Position numbers and translations under genes: made by a program. Below, piece after piece: positions 56,295 through 64,000 of a DNA stretch of 64,000 bases. The stretch covers positions 1 to 64,000 of IMG/VR virus record IMGVR_UViG_3300041409_000599. One strand, written 5' to 3'. Numbering within the stretch: position 1 is the stretch's first letter; each line of letters begins with the position of its first letter. The stretch is from a virus. The notes beneath the pieces are model-generated. The model did no database searches, was not told the DNA's origin, and worked only from the letters and a program-made list of their open reading frames with translations.

Positions 56295-56815
56295 CCTTCA
56301 ATCCTCTCTTCCTTCGCGCAACCAAGCCCCAAGATGAAATCCTTCTGACTTTGCAGGGCTAGGCCAAAATGCTCTGCTTCCATGAGCGCGTTCTCAGGCG
56401 TCCATCCGTTCACCAGAACTCGATAAGCCGCCACCATGCAGCCAGTGCGTCCTTGCCCTTGCTCGCAATGGATGAAGACTGGCTCACGCGCCGCCTGCAT
56501 GATCGACTGCAATTCCATTACGTCCTTATTGGACGGCGCTGTGTTGTCGATTATCGGAATGTTGAACGCCACGCTTCCAACCGCCCGAACAACCGCATCC
56601 TGTGAGCGTTCGGCGCATAGATTGACTGCGGTCGTAATTCCCATCGCTCTGAGCCCGCTCAGGTGCTTAGCGTCTGGCCAGGAGCCACGATAGAGCTTTC
56701 CGGGGTCCACTTCCGCGATATACCAATGGATCGGGTAAAGAGGTCTGCCGGCTAGTTTTTCCAGCCGCCCGAATTCAGCAGCTATTGCGCTCTCAGCCTT
56801 ACCCAGCAGCGTCAT
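56291..56815 (-). CDS. Cys-dependent dual-specificity/tyrosine phosphatase
   Basis: LYRGSWP...VNL...PVFIHCEQGQGRTG (CX5R). Confidence 0.9.
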   Translation of the reverse strand: MTLLGKAESAIAAEFGRLEKLAGRPLYPIHWYIAEVDPGKLYRGSWPDAKHLSGLRAMGITTAVNLCAERSQDAVVRAVGSVAFNIPIIDNTAPSNKDVMELQSIMQAAREPVFIHCEQGQGRTGCMVAAYRVLVNGWTPENALMEAEHFGLALQSQKDFILGLGCAKEERIEG

Positions 56816-57372
56816 TGCTTGATCTCCAGCGCGGGATGCAGTTCAACTCCGTTGGGTGCAACCCCTTTTTGCCCATGAATCTTGTCGAAGAACAGAACCC
56901 CGCTGGCCTTCACGCGCACCGGATTTGCCAGAGTCTTAAATGTCGGCGATGCTTTGCCGTCCAGCGAATCGATGAACGCGCGGAGTTGCGTGAGCGCTTC
57001 CTTGTAGTTCCCCGGTGCACATAAGGGGTCAGGAATCTCCATGATCATGGTTTGCTTCGGCTTGCCGGGTGTGCTCAATACAACGTGGTAATCGCCGTCG
57101 CCGGAGTTGGTGCTCTTGTTAAAAGCCTCATGCTTGTAGCCGATGATGTCGGCTACGACCTCATAGACCTGCTTCTCTGAGTCCTGCCGCGGCAGGGTGT
57201 TGCCAATCTTTACCGGCGGCTTCAGCTTCCGCATCTCGCCAACCGTGGCCGATACCGGCTTCATGTGGATCTCGACCGTCGCCTTGTCGCGCAGGTCTTT
57301 CACGTCGGTACGTTCCACTCCACATTGCGCGAAGGCAGCGCCGCTAAGCGCCAGCAGTAGAAGTATTCTCAT
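56812..57372 (-). CDS. Exported OB-fold-like protein
   Basis: Signal MRILLLLALSGAAFA; DGDYHVVL...EIP...GVLFFD..H...ELHP. Confidence 0.65.
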   Translation of the reverse strand: MRILLLLALSGAAFAQCGVERTDVKDLRDKATVEIHMKPVSATVGEMRKLKPPVKIGNTLPRQDSEKQVYEVVADIIGYKHEAFNKSTNSGDGDYHVVLSTPGKPKQTMIMEIPDPLCAPGNYKEALTQLRAFIDSLDGKASPTFKTLANPVRVKASGVLFFDKIHGQKGVAPNGVELHPALEIKQ

Positions 57373-57797
57373 TGCGTGTAACTCTCCATCTTGGCCAGCA
57401 CTTCGTCGGGATACGCCGCATTGCCGCCGCCATTCCATGCCAGCAGCCCCTTGCGCACATCGCCGCCGTGGGCATCCAGCTTGGCTTTCAGGTGTCTGCA
57501 TCCCCAGTCCAGGCCCGTATCTGGATCACAGAGGCTTGCCATCTTCGCGTTGAATCCCATCTCTCGCGCTGACTGACCCATGAGCTGCATCAGTCCCCAT
57601 GAGATTGAGCGCGCAACTGTTTCTGTTTGTCCCAGGGCAAGAGGTTCGACGTACCGCTTTTGAAACGCAGGCTCATAGCGGATGGCCCATGGCGCCCAGT
57701 TCGATTCCTGCTCAACTACCGCACAGACAAGAGCGCCATTAAGATCATGAAGGCGCGCAAAGTATCGGGCTTTGTCTTTCAGATCGTCTATGGTCAT
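57369..57797 (-). CDS. Endolysin, SLT lytic transglycosylase
   Basis: AVVEQES, AIRYE, WGLMQ, AWNGG...Y. Confidence 0.9.
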   Translation of the reverse strand: MTIDDLKDKARYFARLHDLNGALVCAVVEQESNWAPWAIRYEPAFQKRYVEPLALGQTETVARSISWGLMQLMGQSAREMGFNAKMASLCDPDTGLDWGCRHLKAKLDAHGGDVRKGLLAWNGGGNAAYPDEVLAKMESYTQ

Positions 57798-57880
57798 TCT
57801 GGAATCACCGCAGGGACAAGCTTTGTCAGTTTCATCGCCAGCCAGGTCGCCCAATCAAGCGACTGCTGAAACGTCATGAT

Positions 57881-58420
57881 TTAAATGGAGCTCCCGGATG
57901 GATTTTCACCACCGACCTCTTGCTTCAATGGCAAGTGCTCTGCCGGAGCTGCGGGAGCGTTAAACGGCCACATTCCTGTGGCCTCTGCCGTACACATCGT
58001 CCGCGCCGATTGCGATGTACTTACGAAACTGGCTCCCCGCTGACCATTCAAGGCCACTTCAGCGCTAGCAACCGAAGGCGGGGAATAACGCCACAGCTTG
58101 TAATTAGCTAGTGGCAAACTGTTTTCTTGCGTCAATGGCTCGGTCGCAACCGCCGACGTGCCAAACTGCGGATTGTCCGGATCGATGAACTGAAGGTTGG
58201 GAATACCAGCGTCCCGCAGCTTCCCAATCGCCTTGTTGAGGGACTTCTCACTTAATGCCTGCAGCACGATCACCCGCGGGATGCCGATGGCGCTGCATCC
58301 GAAATTCCTGAAGTAGACGCCGGCCATATGGAACACGGCATGGTTCGCCTGGACAATCTGCTGCTCGACCGGCAATTCATTGCGTACGAAAATGTAGATT
58401 GTGCGCTCGTCAATGTTCAT
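57881..58420 (-). CDS. PTH2 (peptidyl-tRNA hydrolase type 2)-fold protein with a tail encoded by the tRNA-like region
   Basis: YIFVRNELP..QQIVQANHA...VIVL...L...GI....F.DPD....TSAVATEP...YKLW. Confidence 0.75.
   Translation of the reverse strand: MNIDERTIYIFVRNELPVEQQIVQANHAVFHMAGVYFRNFGCSAIGIPRVIVLQALSEKSLNKAIGKLRDAGIPNLQFIDPDNPQFGTSAVATEPLTQENSLPLANYKLWRYSPPSVASAEVALNGQRGASFVSTSQSARTMCTAEATGMWPFNAPAAPAEHLPLKQEVGGENPSGSSI
57886..57958 (-). tRNA. Non-canonical tRNA-like gene, anticodon UUG (Gln), within the PTH2-like ORF
   Basis: GCTCCCG-CA-GCTC-CGGCA-GAGC-A-CTTGC-CATTGAA-GCAAG-AGGTC-GGTGG-TGAAAAT-CCATC-CGGGAGC-T-CCA: full cloverleaf, but C8, A33 and an atypical T-loop. Confidence 0.75.
58030..58084 (-). 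ncRNA. D-armless mini tRNA-like element ending in CCA
   Basis: TCCCCGC-CTTCGGT-TGCTAGC-GCTGAAG-TGGCC-TTGAAT-GGTCA-GCGGGGA-G-CCA. Confidence 0.55.
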
Positions 58421-58608
58421 GCCGTGCCCACCTTCGCTCCAAAACTTACCCAGGCGTTGATGATCGTGTGCACCACTTCAATCCCGCAGTACGCCTCGTC
58501 CAGTTCGTCGTCAAAGATGTCCATCCCGGTCATGAAGTACGCTCTTCCTTCGGAGTTCTGACACAACTCGTCGCGCCACTTCATAGAAGGAACACCCCGC
58601 GAAACCAC
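58417..58608 (-). CDS. Small acidic hypothetical protein
   Basis: ATGA coupling to the PTH2-like gene. Confidence 0.4.
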   Translation of the reverse strand: MVSRGVPSMKWRDELCQNSEGRAYFMTGMDIFDDELDEAYCGIEVVHTIINAWVSFGAKVGTA

Positions 58609-58627
58609 AGCATGAACACCAGGCCAG

Positions 58628-58900
58628 TCATGTAAGCGAATCCAGCCGGTCGCTATATTGCTTTACCAGTGGCTGTAGCCCCCATTTGGAAATGTTCCGC
58701 TTTGCGCCCATGAAGTACTTGCGCTTACATTCCGACCACAACCTGTAAACTGCGTCGAAGTCTTTATTTCCGTTGAACATTGCTTCCATAAATGGAGCAT
58801 CAATCGGATGGCTGTAGATCACGGGCTCTCGCTCCGGGCGGAAAGTCGTAAGCCGGTCAATCATGGTCTGGATGTGTTCCCGTTTGAGCGTTGTGGTCAT
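58628..58900 (-). CDS. Hypothetical protein
   Basis: 90-aa ORF in the operon. Confidence 0.5.
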   Translation of the reverse strand: MTTTLKREHIQTMIDRLTTFRPEREPVIYSHPIDAPFMEAMFNGNKDFDAVYRLWSECKRKYFMGAKRNISKWGLQPLVKQYSDRLDSLT

Positions 58901-58906
58901 AACCCT

Positions 58907-59155
58907 TTAAAGTCGCGGGATCTCCAGAAAATGTTGACGATCAAACTCTCTGCACTCCGGCAGTGGCTTGATCCTGATGTGTACTTTTTCGCAGTTGTAG
59001 CCGCCGTATTTAGCGGCACGGCAGGGCTTGCCAAAACCGTCCACCTCAATACAGTGAGGCGGCACAAAGTGAACTTGCGATTGCTGTTTCACAGCCGCGC
59101 TGCCATCCATCGCCAGCAATGACAGCGCAGCCATGACTCTCAGGAGCTTCATCAC
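58907..59155 (-). CDS. Small exported Cys-rich protein
   Basis: Signal peptide plus 4 Cys. Confidence 0.5.
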   Translation of the reverse strand: MMKLLRVMAALSLLAMDGSAAVKQQSQVHFVPPHCIEVDGFGKPCRAAKYGGYNCEKVHIRIKPLPECREFDRQHFLEIPRL

Positions 59156-59165
59156 AGTGAGTCGC

Positions 59166-60920
59166 TTAGTTGACGATTCTTAAGGTCGCTCCCTGCAACG
59201 TACTGCCGGCGCCATCGGTGCCCGTGGTATGGACCAGTTCGATTGTCAGGTGGGCCGGCAGGGCCAGATTAAGCGAGCCAACGCCAGCCACTAAGCTGCT
59301 CGATCCAGTAGATGGGTTAGCGCCCGCCGCCACTTGACTGACGGCCGCCCATCCAGTTCCCGGCGTGATGGTTCCGCCAGTGGCCGAAGTAGAGGCTACG
59401 GTTGTGGTTAACTGCTGGCAGAAGTGGAAGTTTGCCGCGGCCGCTAACGCTGTGGCTTCGGTAATTCTGATGGAACTGAGCTGCACCGGAGTTCCCGCTG
59501 TAACGTTCGATCCTTCCGCATCCCACCATACCTGTATTTGATCAACCGTATCGGCGGTGGTCGAGGTCTTAACGATCAACCCGCAGACCTCAATCGTTCG
59601 CCCGAGATAGTTCATGAAGTTGGATGGGAGCGGAATACTCCCTTCGACTTCGCCGATGGTCGTCTGTGCCGCCGCTGTAACTGGAAACACGATGTGCATC
59701 GCCTGTACTCCCGGGATGCCAATGCGATTTCCTGGCACATACGCATAGGTGGCGTGTGCCTCTTCGTTGGGATTGTGCTGCAGCGCCGATACCGACCCGA
59801 TCTCAGGGGCCAGAGTGCTGGTAACTACCGGGAAGCCGGTAAACTGCGCTCCGCCTTTAGAGAACAGTCCAGCCGCACCGGTAGTCGATGCCGCCTGCCC
59901 GTAAAGGGTATTAGCGATCGCGCAAGCCGGAGTTGTGGTTTCCAGAGTGGTTAGAGTGCAGACACCAGCCGAAACTGGAGCCGCCAGCAATACCGTGGGT
60001 TGAGTCAGCAACGGCAGCGAGAACGCTTGCGCATAGGATCCGGCGCTTACTGAAAGATACGGCTTCCACCCCACTACGTTGTCAGCGCGTGATGCGGGAG
60101 CGCCGATGTCAATCGCCTTGCTGGCTACTGAGGTAAAACTGGCGTCAGCCGAGCACGGAGATTCGTTGCCGTTGATGTCTACCAGGGTAATGCAGCCATG
60201 GACCGTGCCACCCCATGAGGCCGAGCCCACCACCGTTGCATCGGAGCAGAACGTGTGCGTGGTATCGCAAGCTGCTTGTGCAGTCAGTGTAGTAGGAGCT
60301 GCAAGCAGGGTGGTGGTCGAAGGCATAGTGTTCCAGTCCTGTTCCGCTCCCCGGCGCGTGTCTTTGATGGTCACGCTGGAAAATGGCAGCGCAGCGCTGA
60401 TCATGGCGTCAGTGCCAGACCAGAACGGGTCCACCATCACCGATCCGCCTCCCATAGCGAGTGCATCTTGGATGGCTTCCTGCAGTCCGAAAGTTCCGGA
60501 ACCTACCAGCGCTCCGGCGCCATGGGCATTCGCCAGCGTAGCAGTAAAGCTGCACCCTGCGGCCGAGTTGACTACCGCGGTCGGTGTCACTGTCTCCGAG
60601 GTAGCATCGCTGATAGTCAACGGCACACCGACCGCAATTGGGCTGAATGTCCGCCCGTTGACTGCGGTAAATGTGCAGGGGGTCTGGGTAAAGTTGCTGG
60701 CCGTGCTACCCGGATAGCCGACCTGGACTGTTTGGGCGCCCGACGCCACACTGCCGTAGACCACCAGTTGCCACTTGCTGTAATCGCTGGCATCGAAGAA
60801 CGCCTTAGGCGTGTTCGGAAAGTTCTGGGCCGCTGCCGGCGGCGCTGTGCTGATCACCATCAAACAGATCATCAGCATCGCCACCAGCGAACGGACGAAT
60901 GCGAATCCATGCTTTGTCAT
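59166..60920 (-). CDS. Signal-peptide-bearing, T/A/S/G-rich virion-like protein
   Basis: Sec signal ending AAA|Q; GLQEAIQDA...GGGSV.V tailspike-cap-like motif. Confidence 0.6.
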   Translation of the reverse strand: MTKHGFAFVRSLVAMLMICLMVISTAPPAAAQNFPNTPKAFFDASDYSKWQLVVYGSVASGAQTVQVGYPGSTASNFTQTPCTFTAVNGRTFSPIAVGVPLTISDATSETVTPTAVVNSAAGCSFTATLANAHGAGALVGSGTFGLQEAIQDALAMGGGSVMVDPFWSGTDAMISAALPFSSVTIKDTRRGAEQDWNTMPSTTTLLAAPTTLTAQAACDTTHTFCSDATVVGSASWGGTVHGCITLVDINGNESPCSADASFTSVASKAIDIGAPASRADNVVGWKPYLSVSAGSYAQAFSLPLLTQPTVLLAAPVSAGVCTLTTLETTTPACAIANTLYGQAASTTGAAGLFSKGGAQFTGFPVVTSTLAPEIGSVSALQHNPNEEAHATYAYVPGNRIGIPGVQAMHIVFPVTAAAQTTIGEVEGSIPLPSNFMNYLGRTIEVCGLIVKTSTTADTVDQIQVWWDAEGSNVTAGTPVQLSSIRITEATALAAAANFHFCQQLTTTVASTSATGGTITPGTGWAAVSQVAAGANPSTGSSSLVAGVGSLNLALPAHLTIELVHTTGTDGAGSTLQGATLRIVN

Positions 60921-60978
60921 GTCGTTTAAGCTCCTGAGTTTTAAAGTTGGTTCTGAGAGATTGGTCTGGGTCTACGGA

Positions 60979-61182
60979 TTACGACCCGTTCTTGCTCATC
61001 ACGGCGTCATAATGCCGCTGGATCTCGGGTTTGCGTTCCACCAGGTCGTCAAAGCAGAGATTGGCTTTCACTCTGGTATGTTCCGCCCGGTCAAGCCGCT
61101 GCGTGGCGCGATGCAGAAACCACGTGCCTATGGCAATGGCGATGGTCAAAAGTGCCTGGATAAACATCCCGAGCAGGTTCAA
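60979..61182 (-). CDS. Small single-TM protein
   Basis: N-terminal TM followed by a charged tail. Confidence 0.5.
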   Translation of the reverse strand: MNLLGMFIQALLTIAIAIGTWFLHRATQRLDRAEHTRVKANLCFDDLVERKPEIQRHYDAVMSKNGS

Positions 61183-61275
61183 GGTTGTGGGCTCCTGGTG
61201 TGCTGAGTCTGCGGCAAAAGCTTCGTCCGGGAAACTACTTGGCTTCTACCTCGAAACTGGTAGAATTCGGGCGCT

Positions 61276-61692
61276 ATGAAAAGAACGTCTTTAGCGCAAT
61301 TGCTGATTTTGCTGCAAGCCGTCACCCTCATCGGTTTAGGTATTTCGCTTGTAGGTCCACTCACGTCGGCAGCCAGCCAGTTCTTAAGTCCGCTCTTTAT
61401 CATTGAAAGCAAAGGAAGCGGTGTAGCCTCTGCCGTCTTCTTTAGCTCTTTGCCGCAAGCCATACTGCGCTGCCTGATTGCAGTTGCCGCGCTCTGGTGG
61501 CTCTCAGAACAGAAGCGCATCGTCGCCGCAGGGGAAGGCGAAACTCTGCCGCGATTGAGCCTGAGAGCCAAACTCATTGTCTGCGCTGTCTTCGCGGTTG
61601 CTGTGTCGATTGGCATATTCCTTATTCCGAGGACCGTGGCGGCCCCGCCCGTCGTCTTTGAAGAGAGGGACATTCAGAGTTCTCCCAAATGA
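61276..61692 (+). CDS. Membrane protein (antisense moron)
   Basis: 3-4 TM segments. Confidence 0.5.
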   Translation: MKRTSLAQLLILLQAVTLIGLGISLVGPLTSAASQFLSPLFIIESKGSGVASAVFFSSLPQAILRCLIAVAALWWLSEQKRIVAAGEGETLPRLSLRAKLIVCAVFAVAVSIGIFLIPRTVAAPPVVFEERDIQSSPK

Positions 61693-61807
61693 ACGGCTCT
61701 CCCGCACTCTGGCCTTGCAGGGTGCTATAATTTCGCCTTCTGTGCATTACCGGCCCGATGCGGAAATGAGTAGCCGTGTCGGGCCCCTACCCAAAGGAAA
61801 AGCCGCG

Positions 61808-62716
61808 TTGATCTGTGCATTCTGCAATTCATCCGCCCATGAGTCTCATTCCGTCCGCGAAATGATGTTTGGACTCCGTGAGCGGTTCACCTATATTGAA
61901 TGCTCTGGCTGCGGGGCGCTGACTCTAGCCAACCCACCGCACGATCTCTCTCCCTATTACCCGAAGGACTATTACAGCTTTACCCTGCAAGGCGGCTTTT
62001 CCGCTAAAGCAAAATCCGTGATTCGCCACGCGATAGTCCGCGCCGGGCTGCGCTCCACTATGGGATTCCTGTTTCCCGAAGTGACCCGTAACCTCATCAA
62101 CACCCTCAAGCTGAGTCCAGAGATGCGGATTCTTGATGTGGGCGGCGGCAATGGCCAGCAGGTTAAAGACTTGATTACCGCTGGTTTCGCCGGCGCTCTT
62201 TGTATTGATCCGTTTACGTCTCAGGAAAGCGCCTACTGCCAGAAGAAATCCCTTGCCGAAGTGACCGGCCAATGGGATCGCATCATGTTTCACCATTCCC
62301 TTGAGCACATCGAAGATCAGATTGGCACCCTGGCCGAAGTGAAAAGAAAACTCGCTCCCGGTGGCCTCTGTCTGATTCGTATTCCCGTGGCTCGCTGGGC
62401 ATGGCGACATTACGGCGTCAACTGGGTCCAACTAGATGCGCCGAGGCACATGGTCATTCACACGCCCGATAGCATGATAAAAGCCGCCGAAATAGCAGGC
62501 TTGGAAGTTGCCACGATTAAAAATGATTCGTGGGCTTTCCAATTTTGGGGAAGCGAACTATACCGCAAGGACATCCCATTAGCTGAAGGACGCCCACATC
62601 TCTCAAGGTATTTTGACGCTGCCGATATGAAGCGATTCGATGCAAAGGCCAAATCTCTCAATGATTCAGGACAAGGCGATCAGGCTGCTTTCATTCTCAC
62701 CGCGCAAGGCATTTAA
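61808..62716 (+). CDS. Class I SAM-dependent methyltransferase of the type found in surface-polysaccharide loci
   Basis: CAFC...CSGC, YYPKDYY, ILDVGGGNG, MFHHSLEH, WVQLDAPRH. Confidence 0.85.
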   Translation: MICAFCNSSAHESHSVREMMFGLRERFTYIECSGCGALTLANPPHDLSPYYPKDYYSFTLQGGFSAKAKSVIRHAIVRAGLRSTMGFLFPEVTRNLINTLKLSPEMRILDVGGGNGQQVKDLITAGFAGALCIDPFTSQESAYCQKKSLAEVTGQWDRIMFHHSLEHIEDQIGTLAEVKRKLAPGGLCLIRIPVARWAWRHYGVNWVQLDAPRHMVIHTPDSMIKAAEIAGLEVATIKNDSWAFQFWGSELYRKDIPLAEGRPHLSRYFDAADMKRFDAKAKSLNDSGQGDQAAFILTAQGI

Positions 62717-64000
62717 CTACCACTATATCGCTGGCCACCCAAGCTGCCGCAGCGGGTGTAGTGTTGAAATTACCAATGACTGCTGTTGATACGCTTCCGC
62801 CAGTTTGTTTACAGCGATTGACGGTAACCGACGTGGTTGTCTGATCTTCGCAGTCACAATTCCACCCATTAAACGATGTCGGCAGTCCAATTGTTCCACT
62901 GTTCGCTGTGCCGCCGGTTCCTACGTTGATGGCAAAAGACGCTGAGCCATTACTGCCGACGATCGACGCTCCCGTGCCGAAGCCAGCAGAGATGGTTGGG
63001 GCCGTATCTGAAATTAAAAGATGACCAGTTGCCCGAGGGCGATAGGTGGTTGCGTCCACAAAGAAAGTGAACACATCTGACCACGCAAGCCCCGCACTCC
63101 CAAGAGGAACAGTGCCGTTAGTTGCGGGCAGGAAACCCGACGCTGCCGCAATTGTAAGAGCTCCTCCGTTGTTAGAATCCAGCTTAACGCAATTGTTGCT
63201 TGCATCAGAGTATGAGTAATTGTTTTGGGCCTGCGGGAAGATAACGCAATTTTTAGTATTGGCCCCTATTGTTACATCTTGAACCGTGTGTCCGTTGATG
63301 TTATTGCCAATCAGAATGAATTGAGTTAACTGAGTGGCCGCGCCCACTGGGAAGGCTGTACAAAGCCCCCTTGCTCCAACGCTAGTTCCAAGCAGTGTAT
63401 TTCCCGTAAGCAGATGTCCGAAGCCATCGTTTAGATTCACATCGCAGGTTGTATTGGTTTCAAAATCGGAATTGGTTACATGAAGTTGGGTGTTAACGGC
63501 CCCCGCTGCAACATTGATGCCGTTGTTGGAGTCCGCAGCCGTTGATGCGACCATGTCTATTCCGCGAGACGTTGCTCCAGAAATATTCCAGCCGTCTGCC
63601 GTGCCGGGATTAAATGAAGCATTATTGCCACCGCACAGGTCAGCGGTTGATTGCAGGAAGTGAATCTGGCTGTTTACCCCAGAACTTACTCCGTCTTTTA
63701 GAACGTAGCAGTGGCTTCCTGATTGATCAACATGCACATTCAGGAAGTTAATCATGAAGGCATTATCTTTGATGACAAAGCCTGAGCCTTTGGGCTGATT
63801 ACATTGAATATTCTCAAAACTGAGAGCGCGAACCTGCGTTGATCCGCTTCCGCCGTTAATATCTACGCAGTCGCCCGCCGTAGCCCCGCCCACGGTCTTG
63901 TTGCCAATCATGGCAAAGTCGCGGAACGTTACGCCTTCAACGGATGTACCACCGCCAAGCGAAATGACAAAGAAACTGTTGCCAGTTGAGGTATTCGTTA
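62697..64000 (-). CDS. Tailspike/tail fibre with parallel beta-helix (5' end outside the window)
   Basis: N/G/I/T-rich beta-helix repeats; C-terminal GWNC motif domain. Confidence 0.75.
   Translation of the reverse strand, partial: TNTSTGNSFFVISLGGGTSVEGVTFRDFAMIGNKTVGGATAGDCVDINGGSGSTQVRALSFENIQCNQPKGSGFVIKDNAFMINFLNVHVDQSGSHCYVLKDGVSSGVNSQIHFLQSTADLCGGNNASFNPGTADGWNISGATSRGIDMVASTAADSNNGINVAAGAVNTQLHVTNSDFETNTTCDVNLNDGFGHLLTGNTLLGTSVGARGLCTAFPVGAATQLTQFILIGNNINGHTVQDVTIGANTKNCVIFPQAQNNYSYSDASNNCVKLDSNNGGALTIAAASGFLPATNGTVPLGSAGLAWSDVFTFFVDATTYRPRATGHLLISDTAPTISAGFGTGASIVGSNGSASFAINVGTGGTANSGTIGLPTSFNGWNCDCEDQTTTSVTVNRCKQTGGSVSTAVIGNFNTTPAAAAWVASDIVVVKCLAR

Larger units (their letters stand above)
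3964..64000. mobile_element. Temperate podovirus-like phage/prophage (probably also includes 1-3963; continues past the window end)
   Basis: Integrase and att site, replication/recombination operon, portal-scaffold-capsid-adaptor-nozzle-ejection genes, terminase, lysin and tailspike; no tape-measure or sheath gene seen. Confidence 0.95.

Noticed and set aside
57960-58029. Self-cleaving ribozyme between the two tRNA-like elements
   Set aside because: Two hairpins are present, but I could not find hammerhead or HDV/theta core motifs by eye
1-64000. Reverse transcriptase, DGR, retron or IS elements
   Set aside because: No RT or transposase motifs and no long TR/VR-type repeat pair noticed

Overview
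The window is ~64 kb of a temperate, short-tailed (podovirus-like) dsDNA phage or prophage. The host is probably an Acidobacteriota member, inferred from the Fis-like, LexA-like, OMP, XRE and integrase styles. (i) 1-3960: accessory module with a HIRAN protein, a secreted Cys/Pro peptide, a 7-TM membrane protein, a wHTH protein and an XRE regulator. (ii) 3964-5258: attP-like tRNA-Phe 3' half and a tyrosine integrase. (iii) 5516-25167 (+): early, recombination and replication operon (RecT, Cas4-like nuclease, SMC ATPase, MazG-like, CSD fusion, DUF1376 initiator, Dam, HerA-like, Fis-like, two LexA DNA-binding domains, ATL, HNH, Acb2/Tad1-like). (iv) 64000-25175 (-): late operon running tailspike, exported proteins, PTH2-like gene, lysis, portal, scaffold, capsid, GroES, adaptor, nozzle, ejection proteins, a 2485-aa polyvalent protein, then TerS and a TerL split into two genes at the far end. 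Best candidates for undescribed biology: (1) a PTH2-fold gene whose reading frame runs through two CCA-ending tRNA-like structures; (2) a peptide/7-TM/regulator cassette beside attP that resembles a communication system; (3) CU(G/A)AGC-loop hairpins with co-varying stems near late-gene start sites; (4) a tRNA-shaped 153-nt ncRNA after recT. All product calls come from motif recognition by eye; no database searches were run.
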